Shown: positions 10,073 to 19,727 of the stretch, piece by piece | Layout: the number at the start of each line of letters is the position of its first letter | Numbering within the stretch: position 1 is the stretch's first letter | Assembly (NCBI GenBank): GCA_963663865.1 | Contig: OY760686.1 | Location: 2,048,001 to 2,112,000, forward strand | Source of the DNA: Spirochaetota bacterium | GTDB taxonomy: Bacteria; Spirochaetota; UBA4802; UBA5550 | Direction of reading: 5' to 3' | Length of the DNA: 64,000 bases | The notes under the pieces: model-generated | Told to the model about the DNA's origin: nothing | Database searches by the model: none | The model's input: the letters and a program-made list of their open reading frames with translations, nothing else | Program-made: the position numbers and the translations under genes

Positions 10073-11652
10073 TTAATCCACCTGATTGAAATTTCGTAGG
10101 GATCCATATAATCCTCTTTTAGTGATCTCACTACAAGATAGCCCTTTTTATCAATTATCTCAGACAGTGTAGAAGTCCCGCCCTCTGACACCTCAACCGA
10201 TTTAATTACATATCCGAGAGGGTCTGTCACTGACAACCTGATTTTCCCGCGCGGCGGCGCTTTCACGGTAAACTCAGCCCTTGCTCTTTGCGGGCGTGTT
10301 ATGATAAAATAATCAACATCTCCTTTTTTCGATGTGTAACCGCTTATTCTGTCTCCAGATAGAGTTCCCGCCGCATCTTTCGTGTCATTGGGCTCTATCT
10401 CGGCTGACTGGTCCCGCTCAAGCTCAGTGCATTTTATTACATACCCTTCACTCTTTCCGGCAAAATAGTTTCCGGAAGATACCTTAATAAAAAACGGTTT
10501 TGAGGATGATATATTCGGAAAGATTTCGCTCTCACCCTTGCCAGAAGCATTCACTGTCAGCACGCGGACTCCGATGTCGTTGTGAATTTCCATGGAATAA
10601 TCCATGCTGCCGTAGGCTTCAAGCTCAAGTCTGTATCGTTTACCGGAAACTGCATCAAACCTGTAAAAGTCAATATCCCCGGGATGATTTATTACACCCT
10701 CAACCTGATCAGTCAACTGATTTGCCGATTCGATTGCCTGATTCGGTTCCATCTCTTTACCTGGTTCATGCTGCGTAAGAGTGTATTTAATACCGTAAGG
10801 GATTGCGTTGTTTGACTGATACCCTTTGGCGCATACCATCAAATAGTAAATCCCCGGCTCCTTAATCCCTGCTCCGTTTATCTGCTCACCCTGACCTATT
10901 CCGTTAAAATCAGATTCAGCAAGAGGCTGCATCGCAGCATCAAATAAATACATAGCAGAGTCAACACCCTGAACCCCTGTCAACTCTGCATTCAGCACCT
11001 TTGTATCAGAGTTGTCCGGCAAAACTTCAAATCTGAACCAGTCCTCTTCGCGGTGAAGATTATCTCTGTCGCTGTTGAGCCTGTTGTACGACGGGGAGTA
11101 AAAACCGTTTAACTGTTCGCCCTCATTGAGAAGCGTCGACAAATCAGGCGCATCATTCGGCTCAGATTCTTCTCCTGAAAACTCTCTCGAAACAATCAGC
11201 AGCTTATATGGATTCTCTGTATTTGATGCTGCTCTGTCCCTGTCACCATGCTGAATGGAAATATAGTACCTGCCGGGAAAGCCTCTGAAATTAAGGACCT
11301 GTTCAGGTGATGATTTTCTATTGTCATCAACAAGCTTGACCATTGCAGGCTTTTGACTCCCGCTCCAAACAGCAATTGAATGGTTGATACCCTTGACCCC
11401 GCTCAGCTCAATATCAAGGATGGAATCATCGGCTACAGTAATATAATAGAAGTCTCTATCATCAGATGTATTGAAAAAACCGTATACAGGCTTGCCAATT
11501 TCAACTGCGTTTGCGCCTGAAAAAGAGTTATTCGGTTCTTTTTCCTCTGCTCGGTTTACCTTGCATGAAAACTGACAAAAGGCAGTAAATAGCAGCAATG
11601 ACAGCAATATAAATGCCTGCCGTCTTCTAATGTTTATCACGCTACCGTTCAT
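10069..11652 (-). CDS. Exported/lipoprotein with four tandem PPC-like (pre-peptidase C-terminal) beta domains
   Basis: Four ExEPN[NDQ] starts (EKEPNN, ESEPND, EMEPNQ, EIEPND), each followed by G...DxD[FWY][YF]; signal ending FSC. Confidence 0.7.
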   Translation of the reverse strand: MNGSVINIRRRQAFILLSLLLFTAFCQFSCKVNRAEEKEPNNSFSGANAVEIGKPVYGFFNTSDDRDFYYITVADDSILDIELSGVKGINHSIAVWSGSQKPAMVKLVDDNRKSSPEQVLNFRGFPGRYYISIQHGDRDRAASNTENPYKLLIVSREFSGEESEPNDAPDLSTLLNEGEQLNGFYSPSYNRLNSDRDNLHREEDWFRFEVLPDNSDTKVLNAELTGVQGVDSAMYLFDAAMQPLAESDFNGIGQGEQINGAGIKEPGIYYLMVCAKGYQSNNAIPYGIKYTLTQHEPGKEMEPNQAIESANQLTDQVEGVINHPGDIDFYRFDAVSGKRYRLELEAYGSMDYSMEIHNDIGVRVLTVNASGKGESEIFPNISSSKPFFIKVSSGNYFAGKSEGYVIKCTELERDQSAEIEPNDTKDAAGTLSGDRISGYTSKKGDVDYFIITRPQRARAEFTVKAPPRGKIRLSVTDPLGYVIKSVEVSEGGTSTLSEIIDKKGYLVVRSLKEDYMDPYEISIRWIK

Positions 11653-11946
11653 AGAAAAATCATCTCCATCTATTATATTGCAAGCGGCAGTTCAGCAAGC
11701 CCGAAAACAGTGTTCTCATTGTCAAAAAATCTGCGTCTGCATTCAGCTTAACCGTCAGTTTTATACATATCAGCAATATCCTGCTGAACATCATTAAGAG
11801 TTATTATTTTAATACTTACGTCAATTATAATTTCATTACAACGATTCGAGAAAACCCTTGAAAGAATAAATTGATATTTCTAACAGAGTATTCTTGACAT
11901 GGCAGCTCCCATAAAAAATAATATACATTTCCATGGGAGTAATATT

Positions 11947-13422
11947 ATGAAAGTTAGCTTGAAGAATAAAAATTCACAATTAAACGAATCTGATACGCTC
12001 ATATTCTTTATCACACAAAACGATGACAGCACACCAGACTTATCGCCTCTGCAAAACATGCAGATATCGCCCGAGAAAATCAACCTCAGCCGCTTTTATG
12101 GCGCCAGAGGTGAAACCATCTACATACCATTGAGGGATATGCCCTCTATTATTCTATGCGGAACAGGTAATAAGGATAACTTAACCGCTGATTTTCTAAG
12201 ATTCCTTTCACGTTCAATAGTCACAGTTTGCTCTGAACGTAAAATATCCAGGATCAGCATCGTCCCACCAGCTGAAGATATTATCCCAAAAGAAGAATCA
12301 GTGGCCGCTCTGTGCGAAGGAATAGTCCTGTCAAACTACAAATTCAGCCGATACCTGTCCGACGATCAAATCGCTGGTCAGCCTCTGGTTGAGGAAGCAG
12401 AATTCATTTCCGCTGACAGCTCCTTGGCAGGAATCATAAAAGAAACAAATACAATATGCTCAAATACACTTGCCTGCCGTGATCTCATCAACGAATGTTC
12501 CTACGCCAGCACGCCCGGGGCCATAACAAAGCTTGCTGCTAAAATTTCAAAAAATGCTGGCATTACTCTGAAAGTCTTCAGAAAAAAAGATCTTATCAAA
12601 ATGAAAATGGGCCTCATACTTGCGGTAAATCAGGGAAGCAGCGAAGAGCCAGCCCTCCTTGTGCTCAATTACTCGGGCGGAAACAAAAAAAATGCCCCGG
12701 CAGCCATTGTCGGCAAAGGAATCACATTCGATACCGGCGGCATAAATCTGAAACCTACCAATTCAATAGAAACGATGAGAATGGATATGGCCGGCGCAGC
12801 TGCAGCCCTTTACGCGATAAAAACAGCCGCCGAGCTTAAGCTTAAAGCAAATATATGTGCAGTCCTGCCTCTCACTGAGAATATGATCAGCAACACAGCT
12901 TTCCGTCCCGGAGACGTTTACAGGTCCTATTCAGGTAAAACCGTTGAGATAGGAAATACAGACGCTGAAGGAAGGCTTATACTCGCTGACGCCATTACTT
13001 ATACTGAAAAAATGATCAAACCGTCCTGCATCATTGACATTGCAACACTTACTGGAGCGTGCGTTCAGACTTTCGGGGAGCACGTTGCTGCCATCATCAC
13101 TTCTGACGACAATCTCATGAATAACCTCTTTGACGCCGGAGAAAAAACCGGGGAACGCTTGTGGCGCCTTCCGCTCTACGAGGTCTACAGCGAAAACCTC
13201 AAGTCCGATTATGCTGATATCTCAAATATGTCAGCTGAAAAAAACGCGGGAACAATTCACGCAGCGGCGTTTTTAAAATCATTTGTGGATAATACTCCAT
13301 GGGCACACATTGACATTGCCGGAACCGCATGGGGTTCAAAACAGAGAGGATGCAGGCCGAAAAATGCAACAGGATTCGGCGTAAAGCTCCTTGTACAATT
13401 CTTGAAAAACATGGAAAAGTAA
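11947..13422 (+). CDS. pepA: Leucyl aminopeptidase (M17)
   Basis: GKGITFDTGG, DMAGAA, NTDAEGRL, DIATLTGA, HIDIAG; start at ATG 11947 after GGGAG RBS. Confidence 0.95.
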   Translation: MKVSLKNKNSQLNESDTLIFFITQNDDSTPDLSPLQNMQISPEKINLSRFYGARGETIYIPLRDMPSIILCGTGNKDNLTADFLRFLSRSIVTVCSERKISRISIVPPAEDIIPKEESVAALCEGIVLSNYKFSRYLSDDQIAGQPLVEEAEFISADSSLAGIIKETNTICSNTLACRDLINECSYASTPGAITKLAAKISKNAGITLKVFRKKDLIKMKMGLILAVNQGSSEEPALLVLNYSGGNKKNAPAAIVGKGITFDTGGINLKPTNSIETMRMDMAGAAAALYAIKTAAELKLKANICAVLPLTENMISNTAFRPGDVYRSYSGKTVEIGNTDAEGRLILADAITYTEKMIKPSCIIDIATLTGACVQTFGEHVAAIITSDDNLMNNLFDAGEKTGERLWRLPLYEVYSENLKSDYADISNMSAEKNAGTIHAAAFLKSFVDNTPWAHIDIAGTAWGSKQRGCRPKNATGFGVKLLVQFLKNMEK

Positions 13423-14664
13423 ATGAAAACAATAGTTAATCCATTTAAAACAGGCGGACATTACGGAAAATTCGGGGGCAGATATGTTCCTGAAATGATG
13501 ATTCCGCCTCTTCAGGAACTCGAAAGGGCCTTCATAGAATCAAAAAAGGACCCCGAGTTTAAAAAGGAGTTCAGTGATGTTCTCAAAAATTTTTCGGGAC
13601 GACCAACTCCGCTGTATTTTGCCTCAAACCTTACAGAAAAAATAGGCGGCGCCAGAATCTACCTCAAACTCGAGGGGATGGGACAGACCGGCTCCCATAA
13701 AATAAACAATGCTATTGGTCAGGCAATACTGGCAAGGCGTATGGGCAAAAAACGCCTTATCGCAGAAACAGGCGCTGGCCAGCATGGTTTCGCGACTGCA
13801 ACAGTTGCAGCCAAATTCGGCTTCAGATGTGAAATATTCATGGGCGAAGTCGATATGAAAAGACAGCGCCCCAATGTATTTTGGATGCAGCAATTAGGAG
13901 CAAAGGTCACACCCGTAAAAACAGGAACACGCACGCTTAAGGACGCCGTTAATGCTTCATTCAGAAACTGGATAGAAACAGTCGACGACACTCACCTTCT
14001 TGTCGGATCTGCGCTGAGCGCTCATCCCTACCCGGCGATTGTCAGAGAATTTCAATCCGTAATCGGCACTGAGGCCCGCAAGCAGATACTTGAGGCCGAG
14101 GGCCGGCTTCCGGATTACCTCGTCGCCTGTGTCGGAGGAGGCAGCAACGCGATTGGACTTTTTCATCCTTTTTTAAAGGATGAAGCCGTAAAGATGATCG
14201 GTGTTGAGGCCGGTGGAAGCGGCTATAAAAGCGGCAGACATTCCATACGATTTAAAGGTTCACATGACGGCATAGTTGAAGGCTACAGGTCCTTTTTCAT
14301 CCAGGACGGAGACGGCCAGACCAGGCCGACATATTCAGTTGCGGCGGGGCTTGATTATCCAGGGGTGGGCCCCGAGCACGCTTATCTTCACTCTATCGGC
14401 AGAGTAACATATACAAGTGCCACCGACAAAGAGGTCATTGGAGCTCTGAAAACGCTTATTTCCACTGAAGGGATTATTCCTGCGCTCGAGTCCTCACATG
14501 CCGTTGCCAGAGGAATTGAAATTGCAAAAAACTCTTCCAGAGATGAAATCGTAATAATTAACATTTCAGGAAGAGGCGACAAGGACATCTTCTTAATTGC
14601 AGAAGCTCTTCAAGACGAAGCATGGTTTGAATTTATTAAATCCAAAGTTGAAGAGAGAAAATAA
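13423..14664 (+). CDS. trpB: Tryptophan synthase beta chain
   Basis: GRPTPL, TGSHKINN (PLP Lys), AETGAGQHG, GGGSNAIG, AGLDYPGVGP, SGRGDKD. Confidence 0.97.
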   Translation: MKTIVNPFKTGGHYGKFGGRYVPEMMIPPLQELERAFIESKKDPEFKKEFSDVLKNFSGRPTPLYFASNLTEKIGGARIYLKLEGMGQTGSHKINNAIGQAILARRMGKKRLIAETGAGQHGFATATVAAKFGFRCEIFMGEVDMKRQRPNVFWMQQLGAKVTPVKTGTRTLKDAVNASFRNWIETVDDTHLLVGSALSAHPYPAIVREFQSVIGTEARKQILEAEGRLPDYLVACVGGGSNAIGLFHPFLKDEAVKMIGVEAGGSGYKSGRHSIRFKGSHDGIVEGYRSFFIQDGDGQTRPTYSVAAGLDYPGVGPEHAYLHSIGRVTYTSATDKEVIGALKTLISTEGIIPALESSHAVARGIEIAKNSSRDEIVIINISGRGDKDIFLIAEALQDEAWFEFIKSKVEERK

Positions 14665-14678
14665 TAAGAGAGATTATA

Positions 14679-15434
14679 ATGAAAAATCAAATTCGATTAA
14701 TGACGCACCTCGTTGCCGGATACCCTTCCTTCAAGGACAACGAGACACTTATAGAGACAATGGCATCATGCGGGGTAGAGTTTATTGAGATTCAGCTCCC
14801 TTTTTCGGATTCCATCGCAGATGGTCCGGTAATTGTAAACGCAAACCAGACATCGCTCGCCGCAGGCACTAAAACGGCTGATTGCATAAAATTTGCAAAA
14901 AAAGTTACAGCAAGGTTTCCCGATGTCAAGTTTCTCTTTATGACTTACTACAACATAGTCTACAACTATGGTGTTGAAGCTTTCGCTAAAATGGCATCTG
15001 AAATCGGTATTTACGGAATTATTGTCCCGGATATCCCGCCGGAAGAGGATTCAGAATCCTATTACAGCGGTTGCAGGAATAACAACGTACACCCAGTCAT
15101 AGTTATTTCGCCCTCTACGTCTCAGGAAAGGCTTGAAAAATACCGCGAAAAAGCGGATGGACTCATTTACTGCACTTCAAGGGTCGGTTTAACCGGATCA
15201 GAAAAGGATTTCAGCGCCAGGCTTAAAAAAATCGTGAAAAGTGCTGGAGAAACACTTAATCTCCCGGTTGCAGTCGGTTTCGGTATAGATTCAGGCAAGA
15301 AAGCGGCTGAAGTGTCAAAATACGCGGATATAGTTGTTATCGGTACAAAAATACTAAAAATCGTCGACGAGAACCCCGATGATTTTACTGCACATGTAAA
15401 GACATTTCTTGAATCAATAAAAAAGGGGAGATAA
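14679..15434 (+). CDS. trpA: Tryptophan synthase alpha chain
   Basis: PFSDSIADGPVI, MTYYN, VPDIPPEE, SRVGLTG, VGFGI; follows trpB. Confidence 0.96.
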   Translation: MKNQIRLMTHLVAGYPSFKDNETLIETMASCGVEFIEIQLPFSDSIADGPVIVNANQTSLAAGTKTADCIKFAKKVTARFPDVKFLFMTYYNIVYNYGVEAFAKMASEIGIYGIIVPDIPPEEDSESYYSGCRNNNVHPVIVISPSTSQERLEKYREKADGLIYCTSRVGLTGSEKDFSARLKKIVKSAGETLNLPVAVGFGIDSGKKAAEVSKYADIVVIGTKILKIVDENPDDFTAHVKTFLESIKKGR

Positions 15435-15447
15435 TCTCCCCTTTTTT
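15419..15447. terminator. Bidirectional intrinsic terminator (trpA / tRNA-Ala)
   Basis: AAAAAAGGGGAGA-TAA-TCTCCCCTTTTTT perfect inverted repeat overlapping the trpA stop. Confidence 0.85.
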
Positions 15448-15450
15448 ATG

Positions 15451-15523
15451 TGGAGCTGAGGGGGATCGAACCCCCGACCCCTAGAGTGCGATTCTAGTAC
15501 TCTCCCAGCTGAGCTACAGCCCC
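15451..15523 (-). tRNA. tRNA-Ala (anticodon CGC)
   Basis: Minus strand GGGGCTGTAGCTCAGCTGGGAGAGTACTAGAATCGCACTCTAGGGGTCGGGGGTTCGATCCCCCTCAGCTCCA; G3:U70 pair; CCA not encoded. Confidence 0.95.
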
Positions 15524-15678
15524 ATAGCAATACTTTTATACGCTATAATATTTTGTCAATATAAATCTTTTCCCTTCACTTCGCTTTGTCTTGATTTGAT
15601 TTCAAAAAAAATGCTGGAATTTAAAAAATATAACGCTACATTGTTTACAAAGATATTAAACTGATACGGAGGTTTTTC

Positions 15679-15903
15679 ATGTCATTGATTACTTTCCGAA
15701 TTAAAGAAAACGCTAAAAAATGCGAGGAATGTGCTGTTCTGAAAATGAGAAACAGAATTGATCACAATTCTGTGTTAAGCGAAGAGTCTGAATTGCTTGC
15801 CTCGGGAATTCTTAAGCTCACATGCGCTGCATGTAAGTACGGCGAAGATTTTAAGAAAGTATACGGTGTAATGCCTTACGAAAAATACCAGGGTATTTCA
15901 TGA
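15679..15903 (+). CDS. Small protein with two CxxC motifs (putative metal-binding)
   Basis: Strong GGAGGT RBS; CEEC and CAAC. Confidence 0.7.
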   Translation: MSLITFRIKENAKKCEECAVLKMRNRIDHNSVLSEESELLASGILKLTCAACKYGEDFKKVYGVMPYEKYQGIS

Positions 15904-16007
15904 TCGCTTATTATTTTTTATTTGACACAGCGCCAAACCAGCTGCTCTTTTAATCGTTGAGCTGTCTATTTACAGCCCTCAATAATTTCTTAATGTAAAG
16001 GTTATCG

Positions 16008-16490
16008 ATGAAATACTCGCTTAATGAAATAGTTCAAATCGCTGTCCAGATTGAGGACACCGGATATGAATTCTATTCGACATGCGCAGAAGTCTTCAAA
16101 GGAGAACAGCTTCGTGACACATTTAAGTTTTTAGCTAAACAGGAGCTTGAACATAAACAGTACTTTGAATCACTTGCCTCATTTGCTGAAAAGAGTGAAG
16201 GCTCATACACGGATGATTATTACAGTTATCTGCGTTCAATCGGAGATAAAAAGGTCTTTCAGGATGAACCGGAGAACAGAGCCTCCGCAATCAACCCCGA
16301 TAAACCTGGAGACGCTATAAGGCAGGCATTTACTGACGAAAAAAATTCAATTATTTTCTATACAGAGCTGAAAACCATGTACTCTGATGACTACGAAGCC
16401 CTTGAAATCCTAGAGCGGATTATTGAAGAGGAGCGAAGTCACATTGTAATGCTAAAAGACATATTAGAAAGCATTGAAAAGTACGCCTGA
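16008..16490 (+). CDS. Ferritin-like/rubrerythrin diiron domain protein
   Basis: AVQIEDTGYEFY, QELEH, DEKNSIIFY, EEERSH (ExxH ligands). Confidence 0.88.
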   Translation: MKYSLNEIVQIAVQIEDTGYEFYSTCAEVFKGEQLRDTFKFLAKQELEHKQYFESLASFAEKSEGSYTDDYYSYLRSIGDKKVFQDEPENRASAINPDKPGDAIRQAFTDEKNSIIFYTELKTMYSDDYEALEILERIIEEERSHIVMLKDILESIEKYA

Positions 16491-16506
16491 CAATCCGATT
16501 TTCAGT

Positions 16507-16884
16507 TCAGTTTCTATAGACGTCTTCCGGATTGAAAATCCTCTCGCCGTCAGTTTCAAGCGTTCCGTTCCTCAAAACCCTGTGAAAACAGCTCCTGAAA
16601 CCGGTATGACATGCGGCTTTGCCGATCTGTCTGACTTTTAAGAGAACTGTATCACTGTCACAATCCACACGGATTTCCAATACTTCCTGAATATTTCCGG
16701 AGGTCTCCCCTTTTTTCCAGAGGCTTTTCCTGCTTCGGCTGTAGTAGTGAGCAATCTTTTTTTCAATCGTAAGTTCCCACGCTTCTCTGTTCATATATGC
16801 CAGCATCAGGATTTCCCCATTGTCAATATCCTGAACAATGGCGGGTATCATCCCGCCGTTTTTATCAAAATCGAGTTCGATCAT
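16507..16884 (-). CDS. hisI: Phosphoribosyl-AMP cyclohydrolase
   Basis: [35 protein letters not shown]; start moved to MIELDF at 16884. Confidence 0.96.
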   Translation of the reverse strand: MIELDFDKNGGMIPAIVQDIDNGEILMLAYMNREAWELTIEKKIAHYYSRSRKSLWKKGETSGNIQEVLEIRVDCDSDTVLLKVRQIGKAACHTGFRSCFHRVLRNGTLETDGERIFNPEDVYRN

Positions 16885-16885
16885 T

Positions 16886-17719
16886 TTACAACCTTTCACC
16901 CTTAATCGAAATAATATGTTCGTATAAAGGTATATTTTTTTCTGATTTTTCAAGCGCTTTTTCAATGAGCATCTTGACTCCACCGCAGCAAGGCACTTCC
17001 ATCCTAACCGCTGTTACAGAGCGAATATTATTCGATCTGAAAAGCTCAGACAGTTTTTCAATATACTCTTCAATGTAAGGATCCAGCTTTGGACAGAACG
17101 TAATTGATATTTTATCTCTTACAAAGTTAGAATGAAAGTTCGCGTAGGCAAAGGGAGTACAGTCGGCAGCTATGAGTAAGTGAGCATTTTTGAAATATTC
17201 AGCGTAAGGATTTATAAGCTTGAGCTGAACCGGCCAATTGGCTAATTCAGAACGTAAAATCGCTGCCGACGGGGCATGCGGATTATCTTCAGGTTCCGGC
17301 CTCTTCAGCTCCCGGGAAGCCGTTCCAGGACAACCTCCGCTGGCGCACATGGATTTTTTTTCCTCATATTCGGGAATCGAAATACCACGTTCCTTCAAAC
17401 ATTGGATTGCAATATTCAGATAACCGCGCTCGCCGTGATCAGCCAGGTGTTTCAGATGAGCCTTAATTACTCCATCTCCCTGTTTGATTATAGTTTCCAT
17501 CACCAGCGCTTCATCATAAGCCTCAGCTTCTCTCTCTTCAACACTTATAGCGCCTTCAGGACAGTTCCCAATACACGCTCCAAGCCCATCACAGAAAAGG
17601 TCGCTTACAAGCCTCGCTTTTCCATCAATCAGCTGAAGGGCCCCTTCAGGGCAGTCAGGTATACAAAGACCGCAGCCATTACATTTTTCTTCGTCAATTT
17701 TTATTATCTGTCTTATCAT
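16886..17719 (-). CDS. 4Fe-4S ferredoxin-domain protein (FrdX-like)
   Basis: [15 protein letters not shown] and [12 protein letters not shown] clusters; C-terminal WPVQL, IAADC, CPKLD, MEVPCC; start at MIRQII after AGGCGG RBS. Confidence 0.85.
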   Translation of the reverse strand: MIRQIIKIDEEKCNGCGLCIPDCPEGALQLIDGKARLVSDLFCDGLGACIGNCPEGAISVEEREAEAYDEALVMETIIKQGDGVIKAHLKHLADHGERGYLNIAIQCLKERGISIPEYEEKKSMCASGGCPGTASRELKRPEPEDNPHAPSAAILRSELANWPVQLKLINPYAEYFKNAHLLIAADCTPFAYANFHSNFVRDKISITFCPKLDPYIEEYIEKLSELFRSNNIRSVTAVRMEVPCCGGVKMLIEKALEKSEKNIPLYEHIISIKGERL

Positions 17720-17750
17720 ATTTATTACCGCCTTTATTGATATTGACATA

Positions 17751-17793
17751 ATTATATCACCTAATTCGTCAATGCACATTGACTTGAATCAAT
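17751..17793 (-). promoter_or_regulatory. FNR/HcpR-like box (TTGAT-TCAA-GTCAA) plus TATAAT -10, class II geometry
   Basis: Box at 17779-17792 is a 9/10 match to TTGAT-N4-ATCAA, followed by 22 nt and a perfect TATAAT (17756-17751). Confidence 0.65.
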
Positions 17794-17844
17794 ATCAGCG
17801 GATTTATCACAATTATTTATAGCTTCAAAACGCTGTGTTATTTT

Positions 17845-18957
17845 TCATTTTATACTCTTATTTATGAGAGGATTTGCATAAGACATCAACAGTATTCTTT
17901 TTACTTCCTGATTCAATCTTTCAATACGTTTATTAAACAACTCTTCATCAGTTGAATCATAGTTATCAGAATACTCTCTGGTATTGTTAATTAAATCATA
18001 AGCAATGTAGTTGCTCGGCCAGAGCCTGTAGTTACTCTGAATTTCCGTATCTAACCTTACAGCCATTTCCTTTTCGGAATCGCATCTGTCATCTATTGGA
18101 GAACCGAAGGCATAGTGAACACGACCTTTTTTACCGCTAATACCTTTGCTTATACTGAGAAGATCTTCGTTTTTATTCTTTTTGTATGCTGGATCTGTTG
18201 ATTTTCTGAACAATTCAAGGGCCTTCATGGAATCGCAGGGATCATACTCATAAGAAATGCTGACAGGTACGATTTTAACATCTTTAAAAAAATCTGCAAC
18301 AGAGATTCCGCTGTCTCTTGTAGAAAGTGTCAGCATTCGAAGAACCGCAGGATTTGTTATATCATTACCATCCTTGGCTCTTCCTTCTCTCTGGGCAATC
18401 CAGATTGAGTTTCCTGATGAATATGTATGATAAATATACCTTGATAGCTTAATTGACGCATTCAGCTGTTCAGTAATTGACAGCCCCCGTTTTACGATAA
18501 AAGACTTGTTGATTCTGATAAGAGTTGAAACAAAATCATTAATGAGCAGATTATCTCCAAATGCTATCTCAACCGTATCCTTCCCCGCTTCAATGAGAAC
18601 ATAGTTAAGCAAAGCCGGATCCAGGGTTATGTCCCTGTGATTGCTTATGTATATATACGGGACATTGTCATCCAGGTTTTCAAGCCCCGATGATGTAATC
18701 TCTTTTATTGTCCTGGTAATCATCGGCTTAAGCATCAATTCGATGACAATTTCCTTTTGAAACTGTGACACTGAATTGACCGAGCGCATCCTGCTTTTAA
18801 GAAACTCCAGCTCATTTGAGCTCAACTTGCCAGAAGGCCTTCCAGTCATGAAACCTATTCCCTGCTCAAATCCGTCAGAGGATATCAAATCGCTGAGAAC
18901 ATCTTTAACTTCATTATCTCTGTAAGGCCTGATATCGTTAAAATCTGAATCAATCAA
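17845..18957 (-). CDS. Glycerophospholipid acyltransferase (PlsC/PlsB superfamily)
   Basis: ISNHRDITLD (HxxxxD), GDNL, SFIVKR, WIAQREGRAKDG, SISYEYDPCD. Confidence 0.88.
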   Translation of the reverse strand: MIDSDFNDIRPYRDNEVKDVLSDLISSDGFEQGIGFMTGRPSGKLSSNELEFLKSRMRSVNSVSQFQKEIVIELMLKPMITRTIKEITSSGLENLDDNVPYIYISNHRDITLDPALLNYVLIEAGKDTVEIAFGDNLLINDFVSTLIRINKSFIVKRGLSITEQLNASIKLSRYIYHTYSSGNSIWIAQREGRAKDGNDITNPAVLRMLTLSTRDSGISVADFFKDVKIVPVSISYEYDPCDSMKALELFRKSTDPAYKKNKNEDLLSISKGISGKKGRVHYAFGSPIDDRCDSEKEMAVRLDTEIQSNYRLWPSNYIAYDLINNTREYSDNYDSTDEELFNKRIERLNQEVKRILLMSYANPLINKSIK

Positions 18958-19099
18958 CGCTTTTCCCTCAATTGTTCCGGCCTATATAACCGTTTTAATG
19001 TCAGACTGCAAACTGTTCAAAAACACCTTGTCCAGCCTTAACGAAATTGATGTATGATATTCACAATTGAGAGTGCTACTCGTCAAGCAGATTTAAGCT

Positions 19100-19148
19100 A
19101 ATAAATCAGCCGCTAAAAGGCATATGCTGTTTAGCAGGCTGATTTATT
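19100..19148. terminator. Long imperfect palindrome downstream of ssb (likely terminator)
   Basis: AATAAATCAGCC-GCTAAA...GCATATGC...TTTAGC-A-GGCTGATTTATT. Confidence 0.6.
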
Positions 19149-19184
19149 GTTTCTTAAGAGAATTACAAACAGGCAACAGAGCTT

Positions 19185-19544
19185 CTATACTACATCAACT
19201 CTGTCTTTTGCTGTGTTTTTTGCGGCTGGATCAAGAAATATGATCTCATTTCCAACTACTTTGATCTTGGACTGCATTTTGCCGTCCTTCCCTTCCCATC
19301 TGTCCTGCCTTAGATTACCAACAACCATAATATGCTTCCCCTTGTGAAGATGCTTTGAACAAACCTCTGCCATCTTGTTCCAGGTTTCGACATCTACATA
19401 TGAAACCTTTGGATCACTATCCTCCTTTGTAAAATGGTTGATAGCCAGTGAAAATTGACAAACCTCCTTTCCTGTTTTGGTCTTTCTCATCGAAGGATCA
19501 TGAGTGACATGACCTTCTACTGTAGCACCAGCATAATTTGACAT
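19185..19544 (-). CDS. ssb: Single-stranded DNA-binding protein (short, no canonical acidic tail)
   Basis: OB-fold pattern G..T.DP..R.T..G..V..FSLA.N, W...AE, VVGNLRQDRWEGKDG; GGAG RBS. Confidence 0.92.
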   Translation of the reverse strand: MSNYAGATVEGHVTHDPSMRKTKTGKEVCQFSLAINHFTKEDSDPKVSYVDVETWNKMAEVCSKHLHKGKHIMVVGNLRQDRWEGKDGKMQSKIKVVGNEIIFLDPAAKNTAKDRVDVV

Positions 19545-19727
19545 AACTGACTCCTTGTTTTTTTAACTTTAACAACGGCCGTTATCGCGATGCTATTAAT
19601 ACGTTCCGGGGTGAAAAATATAAAAATTTTTTACAATATGATATAAAGTGATCCCAGAATTTTATGGCATTAATATTATTAGGTAGGGTAATAAGAATTG
19701 GCGATTTGCTGTTATTTTTGAATTATA

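Noticed and set aside
15591-15605. FNR-like TTGA...TCAA upstream of the CxxC gene
   Set aside because: Spacer is 7 nt rather than 6, in T/A-rich sequence; likely chance.
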